A DNA stretch of 64,000 nucleotides. Origin: an uncultured bacterium. GTDB taxonomy: Bacteria > Hydrothermota > UBA3073 > NMUJ01 > CBEVQO01. The stretch covers positions 160,001 to 224,000 of the forward strand of contig CBEVQO010000003.1 of assembly GCA_965552055.1 (NCBI GenBank), given 5' to 3'. Shown here in pieces: positions 12,526-21,916 of this stretch; position 1 is the stretch's first letter; each line of letters begins with the position of its first letter. A program made the position numbers and the translations under genes. The notes under the pieces were generated by a model. The model was given only the letters and a program-made list of their open reading frames with translations. It was not told where the DNA came from and did no database searches.

Positions 12526-14331
12526 GTGTGCGGTATTTGTGGAATATTTGAAATAGAACAAAAGGTTAACGAAAACATAATTCCTGAAATGTTAAAATTA
12601 ATGAAACATAGAGGACCCGATGCTCAGGGAATTGCAAAAGTAGGTGATAAAATAATTTTAGGGCATACAAGACTAAAAATAATAGACCTTTCTGATAAAG
12701 CAAACCAACCGATGAGATATAAAAATTTATGGATTACCTTGAATGGTGAAATTTATAATTTCAAAGAGATAAGAAAAGAACTTGAAAAGAAGGGGCACAT
12801 TTTTTTAACAGATTCCGATACCGAAGTACTTCTTCATTCTTTTGAAGAATGGGGAGAAAAATGCTTATCCAGATTTAATGGCATGTGGTCTTTTTGCATT
12901 ACCGATGGCAATTTTCTTTTCTGCTCCCGTGATCGCTTTGGCATAAAACCTTTTTATTATTATTGGGATGGCAAAATCTTTGCTTTTGCATCCGAAATAA
13001 AGGCTTTGCTTTTGCTACCTTTTATAAAAAGGGAAATAAACAAAAGAGCTGTATGGGATTATTTTATGGGATTTTTAGAACATTCTGATTTTACATTTTT
13101 CAAAAATATAAAAATTTTGCCCCCTGCTCATTACATAAAAATAACAAAAGATAAATTCGAGATAAAGAGATACTGGAAACCTCAGTATATTGAGATTCGT
13201 AATCCTTTTGAAGAGCTTTATGAACTGCTTTCAGATGCTGTGAAACTGCGATTGCGTACAGATGTGCCTCTCGGAACCGCCCTAAGCGGAGGAATTGATT
13301 CAAGCTGTATAACCTATCTTTTACATAAAATAAGGGAAAATCCGGATACTTTTACTGTAATCTACGATGAAAAAAATATCGATGAAAGCGAATATGCTAA
13401 GGAAATGATAAGGTTTACCGGGTCAAATCCTCATTTTGTTAAGCCATCGGGTGAAAAATTCTGGCAAGAAGTAGAAAAAGTAATATGGCATCATGATATG
13501 CCCTTCATGACAACTTCACATTATGCAGAATGGTGTCTTATGCGACTTGCAAGCGAAACAGGGGTTAAAGTGCTCTTATCAGGACAGGGTGCTGATGAAT
13601 TGTTCTGTGGCTACACAGTTTATCACGGTGTTAAATTGTCAAACTTATTCTTTAGCGGGCATTTTTTAAAATTTATAAGGTATTTATACAGGGCACAGCA
13701 AAATACAGACCTCACGATTAAAGAGCTTATTTATCGATTTTCAAGGGCTTCTTATTTCAATCAAAATTTGCCTTTTCAGAGAAAGATTACAGAAATAGGT
13801 AGAAGAAACATTTTGAAATTTTTAAAAAAAGACTTTAAGAAAGAATTTACGGAAAGAGCAGACGAAATTGGTAAAAAATTAAAAAAACGCACATTGAATA
13901 AAGTTTTGTGGGATGATGCCTCTCAATATAATTTGCCGGAATTATTACATTATGGTGATAGAAATTCGATGGCATTTTCAATAGAGTTAAGGGTTCCCTT
14001 TTTGGATTATCGCATTGCAAATTTTGCTTATTCGCTCTCCGAAGATTTAAAACTATGTGATGGAATTTCAAAATATATTTTGCGCAAATCTTTTGAAAAT
14101 AAAGTTCCTGATAAAATAATAAAAAGAAAAGATAAAAAGGGCTTCCCGACACCTGAAAAGAATTGGCTACTCGCGGGAAAAGAAAAAATTAAAGAAATTT
14201 TAAAAAATAGTTCTTTCTTTGACGATTCTAAAATCGAAGAAATCTTTCATTTAATTGAAACGGATGTTCCAACAGCAGGAAAGTTTATCTTTTTAGAAGC
14301 TTTTATCAAGTGTTTTAATCTCAAAATTTAA
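12526..14331 (+). CDS. asnB: Asparagine synthase (glutamine-hydrolysing) family amidotransferase
   Basis: N-terminal CGI, HRGPD, NGEIYN, LSGGIDSS, SGQGADE, RVPFLD. Confidence 0.93.
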   Translation: MCGICGIFEIEQKVNENIIPEMLKLMKHRGPDAQGIAKVGDKIILGHTRLKIIDLSDKANQPMRYKNLWITLNGEIYNFKEIRKELEKKGHIFLTDSDTEVLLHSFEEWGEKCLSRFNGMWSFCITDGNFLFCSRDRFGIKPFYYYWDGKIFAFASEIKALLLLPFIKREINKRAVWDYFMGFLEHSDFTFFKNIKILPPAHYIKITKDKFEIKRYWKPQYIEIRNPFEELYELLSDAVKLRLRTDVPLGTALSGGIDSSCITYLLHKIRENPDTFTVIYDEKNIDESEYAKEMIRFTGSNPHFVKPSGEKFWQEVEKVIWHHDMPFMTTSHYAEWCLMRLASETGVKVLLSGQGADELFCGYTVYHGVKLSNLFFSGHFLKFIRYLYRAQQNTDLTIKELIYRFSRASYFNQNLPFQRKITEIGRRNILKFLKKDFKKEFTERADEIGKKLKKRTLNKVLWDDASQYNLPELLHYGDRNSMAFSIELRVPFLDYRIANFAYSLSEDLKLCDGISKYILRKSFENKVPDKIIKRKDKKGFPTPEKNWLLAGKEKIKEILKNSSFFDDSKIEEIFHLIETDVPTAGKFIFLEAFIKCFNLKI

Positions 14332-14793
14332 AAGTTTTTCAACTTTTGCATCGAAGAAGAAGCGAGCAAAAAACTTCCTCCCAGAGAGCAAAACCGGTAA
14401 CCAGAATCTATCATCTTCCCACATATTATCATAGGGTAATTTTTTAATATTGAACCATTTCAATTTGCCTTCCCTAGAATGTTTTAATTTTCCTTCAAAT
14501 TTTTCTGTCCTGAAAACATAGACCTTCCAGTTTGGAGGCTCTTTTTTCTCCCTTCCGAAGTAAAACAAAATAACTCCCATCAATTCTGGTTTTTCTATTT
14601 TTAAACCTGTTTCTTCATAAACTTCGCGGATAGCGGTGTCAAAGGGACTCTCGCCTTTTTCCATCCTTCCACCAGGGGCATTCCACTTACCTTCGCCAAA
14701 TAATCCCTTTGCTTTTCTTAATAACAAAACTTTATCTCCTTTAAAAATATAACAGAGGGTGGCCTTTACTTCCGAACTCAATAAATCAGCCAT
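14293..14793 (-). CDS. Nudix hydrolase, 8-oxo-dGTPase (MTH1-like)
   Basis: Nudix box GGRMEKGESPFDTAIREVYEETGL; MWEDDRFWLP. Confidence 0.88.
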   Translation of the reverse strand: MADLLSSEVKATLCYIFKGDKVLLLRKAKGLFGEGKWNAPGGRMEKGESPFDTAIREVYEETGLKIEKPELMGVILFYFGREKKEPPNWKVYVFRTEKFEGKLKHSREGKLKWFNIKKLPYDNMWEDDRFWLPVLLSGRKFFARFFFDAKVEKLLNFEIKTLDKSF

Positions 14794-14798
14794 CCGAT

Positions 14799-14825
14799 AA
14801 TCTAATCAAATTCTCATAATGTCAA
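14799..14825 (-). promoter_or_regulatory. Putative promoter TTGACA-N15-TAGATT (Nudix)
   Basis: ATG 5 nt after the -10 box. Confidence 0.65.
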
Positions 14826-14827
14826 GA

Positions 14828-15961
14828 TTAATCACGAAATCTTATTAAAAGTCCGGATTTGATTTCACCGTTCTCTATGGAATAGGAAGATATCAGCCAT
14901 GTGCTCAATACTTTTATTCTTAAAATTATCCTTCTGTTGCACTGCATATAACCTACAAAAATTTTTCCTTTTTTGCTTAAAATATCCCTTGAGATTACGG
15001 AATAAAAATCATAAATAATGTGCCATGAAGTATCGTAAACAAAGTCAATCCCTGCTCTGATGCATAAAAATTCGTCGCTGTAATCTGCCAGAATTTCAAA
15101 AATTTTTTTCCTGTCATTTATGGAAAATAAAAAGGAGAAAGGAAATTTATAAATCTTAAAATTTAAATCTTTATCGGAAGCTGAAAAAGATAATTTTGAA
15201 TTGATTTCCGGGATAAAGCATAGAGAGATTCTTTTGTAAAATTTGCTTTCTTTTAAATCGTATCTACCTTTAAGTGTAAGTGTGAATACAGGTAATGGCG
15301 AATAACACACGGCAAAGTAAGGATTTTTAGAAATTCCTGCCATTAACAGGTTTAACCCTTTCTTAAAATAAAAATTAAAATCATAGGAAAGATGATAATT
15401 TAAAGAAAAATTTAAAAATTTTCCTTTATAAGTAAAGTAGGGTTTTTCCGAGAAAGAAATCTTTAAATCGCCGAGTTTTCCATTTTTTTCAAAATAAATT
15501 TTATAAGAAGATTTTTTTGATAGATGTCCCGTGCACCATATTTTTTTATCTTCGCTTAATTTCTTACCAAACAAGAAATCAATGTAATTTGCCGTGAAAA
15601 ATAGGTCGGTCTTTGGTTTATCAAAATCACCTCCGGATATTAAATTTATAACACCGGGATAATTTCCATAAAATGGTGATGCATTTTGTAGCAAAAGTTC
15701 TGCTCTATTATAGCCAAATCTGTGCAATTCTGTTATATCCACAGGTAAGCCATCGAGCATTACTGAAACTGCTTTACCTCTATATTTTAAAGAATGTGAG
15801 GTATCCTGATATTCAAAAAACGGAATTCCTGCGAATATTTCTTCGAAATAAAAAAAATCTTCAGAATAGGTGTAATTATCGGGAATTATGTAGTGAGAAC
15901 GCTCTATCCTGTAGGGTGTCCATAGCAAAACAGATATTATAAAGATTGATAGCTCATGCAT
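14828..15961 (-). CDS. Putative outer-membrane protein with TonB-receptor plug-like N-terminus
   Basis: VMLDGLPV...AELL...ASPFYG...GVINLIS resembles plug motifs; aromatic beta-strand-like C-terminal half. Confidence 0.5.
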   Translation of the reverse strand: MHELSIFIISVLLWTPYRIERSHYIIPDNYTYSEDFFYFEEIFAGIPFFEYQDTSHSLKYRGKAVSVMLDGLPVDITELHRFGYNRAELLLQNASPFYGNYPGVINLISGGDFDKPKTDLFFTANYIDFLFGKKLSEDKKIWCTGHLSKKSSYKIYFEKNGKLGDLKISFSEKPYFTYKGKFLNFSLNYHLSYDFNFYFKKGLNLLMAGISKNPYFAVCYSPLPVFTLTLKGRYDLKESKFYKRISLCFIPEINSKLSFSASDKDLNFKIYKFPFSFLFSINDRKKIFEILADYSDEFLCIRAGIDFVYDTSWHIIYDFYSVISRDILSKKGKIFVGYMQCNRRIILRIKVLSTWLISSYSIENGEIKSGLLIRFRD

Positions 15962-18685
15962 TCATTTTATAATCACAACTTTATTGATAAAATTGTTAAC
16001 TCTGATGAAATAAGCTCCTTCGGTTAAATTATCGATTGTTATTTTCTTTTCGCCTCTGATATGATATTTTCTGGCAAAGATTAATCTTCCGGATGCGTCG
16101 AATATTTTTAAATTAATTTCCTGTGGTGATGTTGTTTTCAGGTGAATAAAAATTTTATCACAGGGATTTTTAATTTTCAGACGGAGGTTGAGTTTTTTAT
16201 CTTTTATTTCTGCTGGTTTTATTTTAAGTGTATCACTAAAAGATACATTTTGAGCCTTGTCTTTTATTTTCACGAGACAAGTAAGGGTGCATGATGGGGG
16301 AGGGAGCAGGAAATTGAAAACGGTATCGTCTTCTGCTATTTTAATTTTATTCCAGTTTTCTTCTTTGTAGTAAAGAATTACACTATCTATTTTTGAATTA
16401 TCTTTTGCTTTTATACGGATTTTCAAAGCACCATCTTCGAACTCGTTTGTAATTTCTTTTATTACAGGGGGAGTGGTGTCTATTGTTAGTTTGAAAGCAG
16501 AAGACCATTCGCTTTGATTTTGTGCAATATCAAATGCTTTTACCCTCCAGTAGTATCTACCTTCATTCAGTTTCAATTTCAGTGATTCGTATTTTGTTGT
16601 GCATCGATAAACAACTCCCTGCCAGTTTACTGTTGAATCTATCCAGAATAGAAATTTAAAGGCATCATCTGATTGCCACTTAAATGTAATGGAAAGTGAA
16701 TTCAAATATTTATCGAAAGCGGGTGATAGGAGAACAGGTGATGCAGGTGAATGGGTATCTATTATAAAACTTTTAATGGAAGGCAAAGAATATCTGCCAG
16801 CAATGTCACGGGAGTAAGCGTATACAGTATACTCGCCGTCTCCTAAATCAAAATAAAAGATACTATCAGAAGAATAAACATCGAATATGCATGTGTCTTT
16901 TTTCGATATTTTCAATCTGTAACCATCTATTTTTATCAGATTTTCTTCGTTATGCAGTGTAATTTTAATTTCGTTTTCATTAAAGATTGTGTCCATGATT
17001 ATTGCAGGTGCAAGAGGCAATCTCGTTATCTGCATTGTGCCTGTAATATTTGACCATTCTGTTTCTATTCCAAAAGAATTTTTGCCTTTAACCCTGAAAA
17101 AGTATTTTTTATCTTTGAGACCCGTAAATGTGTAAAAAGTATCTGTAAGCCATTCAGAAGAAATAGGAGTTGAAAATAAAGAATCTGTATCGCACTGTAC
17201 TTTGAACAATTTGGCGAAATGTTTCCAGTAAACGGTATTTACGGTATCACAGGAATAGGAAGGCTCAGGATAAATGTAAGGAGTATCGAAATACGAAAGT
17301 GAAATACTGTCAATTTCGAACTTTGTGAATAAATTTTTTTTATAAAGTTTTATGACATCAGGATAAACATCGAAAATTAAGATGCAGTGTAAAGGTCTTT
17401 TTCCGAATCTTCTTGGAAAAATTATTTCTTTTAATCTGCCATATTTTCTTATGCGTGGAAGAGAGTCATCTGCCAGCCAGTGCCAGTGTCCGCACAAATA
17501 TAGAAGGACATTTTTTTCTATCAGTATATCTTTTAATTCTTGTGTGCCGATATCTTCGAGTGGACAATGTGATAATATTATGGCTTCTTTTTGTTTTTTA
17601 GCATCCAGCAAGCTACAGAGCCAGTGCAATTGAGAAGAATCAACTTCGCCTGTTTGGTCATCGTCATCACATGTAGCTAGTCCGATAAAGATAAAAGCAG
17701 TATCTTCCAGATAATAATATCGTGGCAAGCCCGTATATTGTGTGTAAAGCATAAGAGCACTATCATGCGATAAGCCATGGAATTCATGATTGCCAATAAC
17801 AGAATACCATTTCAATGTATCATAAACCGTTTCTATCAACCATTCGAGTGTATCATAATCTTCTTTTAAGCCACTATCAACCATATCTCCCGTAATGAAA
17901 ATGTAATTCGGGGAAAATAGATATGCCTCAAGTATCGCGCGCCTGAATTTATACCATATATCTTCCTTTGTAACACCATATAAGTCCCTGCAATGAATAT
18001 GGGGGTCGGATATCTGTATAAATCTCAAAATATAATTTGACATTGGAAGAATGTTTTTCTCTATTAAATTCTGCGGAAATGTATCTTCGCTTATTAGAAT
18101 ATCATCGATGTAAATAGGGGAGCGTGATAAAGAGTAAAAACAAAAACTTATCATTTCTACGCTTTCTATAGACGAATCTGTGTAAGCTGTCGGTAGATCT
18201 ATTTGGTCGTAATAGAGGGTGTCGTTTATAAAGACATCGAAATTTTGTTCTTCAAGGTTTATTCTTATTGTTATTCTCATCCATTTACCTGTATCTGCGA
18301 TTGGTCGTCGAAATATAATGCGGGGTGCACCATCCCAGTTTGTTACCGCTATCCTGCGTGTCATATTATTGTTCAAATATAGAAGATTTTCGGAATTTAA
18401 TGCCATTGAAAAGTCATAAGTTTTGATTGATTTAAAATAAATGTAAAATTCGAGCCAGAAATTTTCATCAAAATCTTCATAACGATAAAGGGTTATGTAA
18501 TTAATTGTATCTGTATTACTCATCATTTTTAAACATTTCTCACCTGAGTGACTTATTTCATCTGTAATAACTGCATTAGCGCCGTAACATGAATTTAAAT
18601 ACCAGCCATTCTGACCGTTTATAGGGGTACCTGTATCGTAATTTTCGAAATCGTCAAAAAAGCATAGGAGAAAAATGATTATCAT
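15962..18685 (-). CDS. Secreted multidomain calcineurin-like metallophosphoesterase with FN3/Ig domains and T9SS-like CTD
   Basis: SDPH, TGDMVD, GNHE, SH, GHWH; YYWRVKAFD FN3-like; C-terminal IFDASGR...GAYFIRV..KVVIIK. Confidence 0.8.
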   Translation of the reverse strand: MIIIFLLCFFDDFENYDTGTPINGQNGWYLNSCYGANAVITDEISHSGEKCLKMMSNTDTINYITLYRYEDFDENFWLEFYIYFKSIKTYDFSMALNSENLLYLNNNMTRRIAVTNWDGAPRIIFRRPIADTGKWMRITIRINLEEQNFDVFINDTLYYDQIDLPTAYTDSSIESVEMISFCFYSLSRSPIYIDDILISEDTFPQNLIEKNILPMSNYILRFIQISDPHIHCRDLYGVTKEDIWYKFRRAILEAYLFSPNYIFITGDMVDSGLKEDYDTLEWLIETVYDTLKWYSVIGNHEFHGLSHDSALMLYTQYTGLPRYYYLEDTAFIFIGLATCDDDDQTGEVDSSQLHWLCSLLDAKKQKEAIILSHCPLEDIGTQELKDILIEKNVLLYLCGHWHWLADDSLPRIRKYGRLKEIIFPRRFGKRPLHCILIFDVYPDVIKLYKKNLFTKFEIDSISLSYFDTPYIYPEPSYSCDTVNTVYWKHFAKLFKVQCDTDSLFSTPISSEWLTDTFYTFTGLKDKKYFFRVKGKNSFGIETEWSNITGTMQITRLPLAPAIIMDTIFNENEIKITLHNEENLIKIDGYRLKISKKDTCIFDVYSSDSIFYFDLGDGEYTVYAYSRDIAGRYSLPSIKSFIIDTHSPASPVLLSPAFDKYLNSLSITFKWQSDDAFKFLFWIDSTVNWQGVVYRCTTKYESLKLKLNEGRYYWRVKAFDIAQNQSEWSSAFKLTIDTTPPVIKEITNEFEDGALKIRIKAKDNSKIDSVILYYKEENWNKIKIAEDDTVFNFLLPPPSCTLTCLVKIKDKAQNVSFSDTLKIKPAEIKDKKLNLRLKIKNPCDKIFIHLKTTSPQEINLKIFDASGRLIFARKYHIRGEKKITIDNLTEGAYFIRVNNFINKVVIIK

Positions 18686-21264
18686 TCAGAAGATTGTCCT
18701 TTTAACAGTGCGATGAATTCTTTTAATGAATTTAGTTTCTCTTCATATTCCACTTTCTTCTCTTTTGTTTTTTCAACCACTTCCTTTGGTGCCTTTTCCA
18801 GGAAATCTTTTGATGATAAACGCTTTATTATACCTGTAAGTGCCTGTTGCAACTTATTGTATTCTTTTTCTGCCCTCTTTATCTCCTTATCTATATCGAT
18901 AACTCCTCTTAAAGGTATTGATATTCTTATATTTTTTACGAGTTTTATTCCATAAGTTGGCAATTCTTTTTTGAATTCGATTTTACCTACACCGGAAAGT
19001 CCCTGAATTATGAATTCATTTTCTTTAATTATTCTTTCTGATTCTTTATCTGCCGATATGTAAACATTTAATTTTTCTTTCTTTGGAATTTGTGCAGATG
19101 CACGCACATTTCTTATTGAAGTTATAACGCTTTTTATAAGTTCCATATCATCTTCTGCTTTTTCATCTATTTCTTTTTCTTCTTTTTGTGGCCAGCCACT
19201 CATTATTATGGATTCTTCTTCTCCTGTTAATCTGTGCCATATCTCTTCTGTGATAAAAGGTATGAACGGATGTAAAAGTTTTAATACTTTTTTCAAAATA
19301 TCTTCTGCAATTCTAACATATCCTGTTAACTTTATTATTTCAAGATACCAATCACAAAATTCATGCCAGAAAAATTCATAGATGGACATAAGGGGCTCAT
19401 TTATTCTGTAATTTTCAAGACATTTTGTAACTTTTTCAATCAATTTATTAGCTCTTGATTTTATCCATTTATCCGGCAAAATTTCTGTATGTTCTTTTAC
19501 TTCTTCCTTTTTCATAAGCATTATCAATCTAAAAGCGTTCCATAGTTTATTTGCGAAGTTTCTACCTGTTTCAAAAGTATTTTCAGAGATATGGGGGTCT
19601 GCACCTTCTTTACCTGCATTTAAAAGCCCAAATCTCAAAGCATCAACTCCATATTTTTCAACGATAGTAAGGGGGTCAATTGTATTTCCAAGTGATTTAC
19701 TCATCTTTCTTCCCTTTTCATCCCTTACGGTTCCATGTATGTAGACATCGGAGAAAGGTTTTTGTCCCATAAATTCAAATCCCGCCATTATCATCCTTGC
19801 CACCCAGAAGAATATTATCTCGGGACCTGTTACGAGCAAATTCGTTGGATAAAAGCGCTTTAAATCAGGGGTGTCTTCGGGCCAGCCAAATGTAGCAAAG
19901 GGCCACAGCCACGAAGAAAACCATGTGTCAAGCACATCTTTTATCTGCTCCATAGTGGAGCCACATCTGGGACATTGAGAAACTGGCTTCTCACTAACTT
20001 CATAATAATCACAATTTTTACATTCATAAACAGGCATCCTGTGACCCCACCATATCTGACGGGAAATACACCAATCCTTTATGTTATACATCCAGTTCAA
20101 AAATACCCCTTTCCAGCGTTCGGGATGAAATTTAATTTCTCCCTTTTTAACTGCTTCTATCGCTGGCTTTGACATTTCTTTCATTCTCACAAACCATTGG
20201 GTTGATAAATAAGGTTCAATTATCGTTCCACATCTTTCGCATTTTCCAATGGAATATTTGTAATCTTCAATCTTTTCAATGAGTCCTTCTTTTTGTAAAT
20301 CTTCTATTATTCTTTTTCTTGCTTCAAATCTATCCAAACCCTGATATTCTCCTCCGTTTTCATTTATCTTACCTTCTTCTGTCATTATTTTTATAGCAGG
20401 TAAATTGTGGCGTTTTGCTATTTCAAAGTCAAGTGCATCATGGGCAGGAGTAACCTTTACCGCACCTGTTCCAAAACCAATATCAACTGCATCATCTGCA
20501 ATTATAGGGATTTCTCTTTTCATTAAAGGTAGAATTGCGACTTTTCCTATCAATTTTTTATATCTTTTATCCTGGGGATTTACGGCAACTGCCGTGTCAC
20601 CGAGCATCGTTTCCGGTCTTGTAGTGGCAACCGTTATAAAGCCCCTTCCTTTCAAAGGATATTTTATGTAATAAAGTTTGCCATTGTACTCCTCATATTG
20701 CACCTCAAGGTCAGAAATCGCAGTTCTGCATCTTGGGCACCAGTTTACGATATATTCGCCTTTATAAATCCATCCCTTTTTATAAAGATGCAAGAAACAT
20801 TTTAAAACTGCCTTTTGATATTCTGGGTCAAGTGTAAATCTTTTTCTTGTCCAGTCGCATGAACATCCGAGTATTTCAAGTTGCTCAAAAATCCTGTTTT
20901 TGGTGTAGTTAATCCATTCCCATATTTTTTCTATAAATTTTTCTCTACCGAGGTCATATTTTGATATTCCTTCTTTTCTTAAATTTCTTTCAACGACAAC
21001 TTCGGTTGCTATACCTGCGTGGTCAACACCAGGTAGCCACTCTGTTTCCGCACCTTTTAGCCTCCACCATCTTACATAAATATCCTGAATTGTGACATTT
21101 AAAGCATGACCCAGATGCAATTCTCCTGTTACATTTGGCGGAGGAATGACTATTACAAATTTTTTGTCGGATTTCCCAGTAGGAATGAAATAACCTTTTT
21201 CTTTCCAGAATTTTCGCCATTTTGCTTCGAATTCTTTTGGATTATATGCCTTCGGTATTTCCAT
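18682..21264 (-). CDS. valS: Valine--tRNA ligase
   Basis: PPPNVTGELHLGH, DWCISRQIWWGH, KMSKS, C-terminal coiled coil. Confidence 0.97.
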   Translation of the reverse strand: MEIPKAYNPKEFEAKWRKFWKEKGYFIPTGKSDKKFVIVIPPPNVTGELHLGHALNVTIQDIYVRWWRLKGAETEWLPGVDHAGIATEVVVERNLRKEGISKYDLGREKFIEKIWEWINYTKNRIFEQLEILGCSCDWTRKRFTLDPEYQKAVLKCFLHLYKKGWIYKGEYIVNWCPRCRTAISDLEVQYEEYNGKLYYIKYPLKGRGFITVATTRPETMLGDTAVAVNPQDKRYKKLIGKVAILPLMKREIPIIADDAVDIGFGTGAVKVTPAHDALDFEIAKRHNLPAIKIMTEEGKINENGGEYQGLDRFEARKRIIEDLQKEGLIEKIEDYKYSIGKCERCGTIIEPYLSTQWFVRMKEMSKPAIEAVKKGEIKFHPERWKGVFLNWMYNIKDWCISRQIWWGHRMPVYECKNCDYYEVSEKPVSQCPRCGSTMEQIKDVLDTWFSSWLWPFATFGWPEDTPDLKRFYPTNLLVTGPEIIFFWVARMIMAGFEFMGQKPFSDVYIHGTVRDEKGRKMSKSLGNTIDPLTIVEKYGVDALRFGLLNAGKEGADPHISENTFETGRNFANKLWNAFRLIMLMKKEEVKEHTEILPDKWIKSRANKLIEKVTKCLENYRINEPLMSIYEFFWHEFCDWYLEIIKLTGYVRIAEDILKKVLKLLHPFIPFITEEIWHRLTGEEESIIMSGWPQKEEKEIDEKAEDDMELIKSVITSIRNVRASAQIPKKEKLNVYISADKESERIIKENEFIIQGLSGVGKIEFKKELPTYGIKLVKNIRISIPLRGVIDIDKEIKRAEKEYNKLQQALTGIIKRLSSKDFLEKAPKEVVEKTKEKKVEYEEKLNSLKEFIALLKGQSSE

Positions 21265-21272
21265 CAAGTATT

Positions 21273-21299
21273 AAAATAATTAAAAAAGGGCATTGTCAA
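21273..21299 (-). promoter_or_regulatory. Putative promoter TTGACA-N15-TATTTT (valS)
   Basis: TTG 5 nt and ATG 8 nt after the -10 box. Confidence 0.6.
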
Positions 21300-21328
21300 G
21301 TAAAAATATTGAAGTATCTACGATACCG

Positions 21329-21889
21329 TTATCTGATAAGTATCATCTTATGCACCTTGCGAAAATCTTTTGTCCTCATTTCAACAAAATATATTCCTGC
21401 GGGTAATATTTTTCCGATATCCCATCGCAAACTGTAATTGCCCGGTTTAATTTCTTTCGAAATCAATATTTGAGATACTCTACCAGTTACATCGTAAACC
21501 TTTATTTCGATATGCGTTCTCTTTGGTACGCTAAAAGATAAATTTACAGCACCGCGCGAAGGATTGGGATAAGGGCATGAGAAAGCATATTTAAGTTCCC
21601 TGTTCTTCTTTTCTTGTAAAGCAATGGGTGGGAGAGTCTGTAGTGTATAAAATCCTGCCTGTTCCAGATACATCGAATCCTTTGATTCCCCCGTAATAGA
21701 TTGAGTGGCACCATAAAGAAGATAAGAGCTATATAAGCCATTACATAGACCGTAAGGTTGCACGAAAACAAGCATAGGATGTTCATCGTCGATTGTTACG
21801 ATCTTTAAGAAATCTTTATCAAGTTCAATATGCGCTTTTCCATTTTTTAATTTGCCGATCCCAAAATCTTCAAAAAAATTTGTTGACAT
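21329..21889 (-). pseudogene. Probable chimeric remnant: fibre-like C-terminal fragment joined to a T9SS-CTD protein lacking its N-terminus
   Basis: FFEDFGIGKLKNGKAHIELD...HPMLVFVQ fragment, then ...EQAGFY and a PNP...YDVTGR...GIYF CTD; no signal peptide; ATG overlaps the gcvPB -35 box. Confidence 0.5.
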
Positions 21890-21909
21890 ACAGAGAAATA
21901 ACTTAAAAT
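21883..21909 (+). promoter_or_regulatory. Putative promoter TTGACA-N15-TAAAAT (gcvPB)
   Basis: ATG 7 nt after the -10 box. Confidence 0.7.
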
Positions 21910-21916
21910 ATAAGAA

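Noticed and set aside
12362..12556. 64-aa ORF across the glycosyltransferase/asnB intergenic region
   Set aside because: It runs through two promoters and the repeat; its Pro-rich translation derives from the C tracts.
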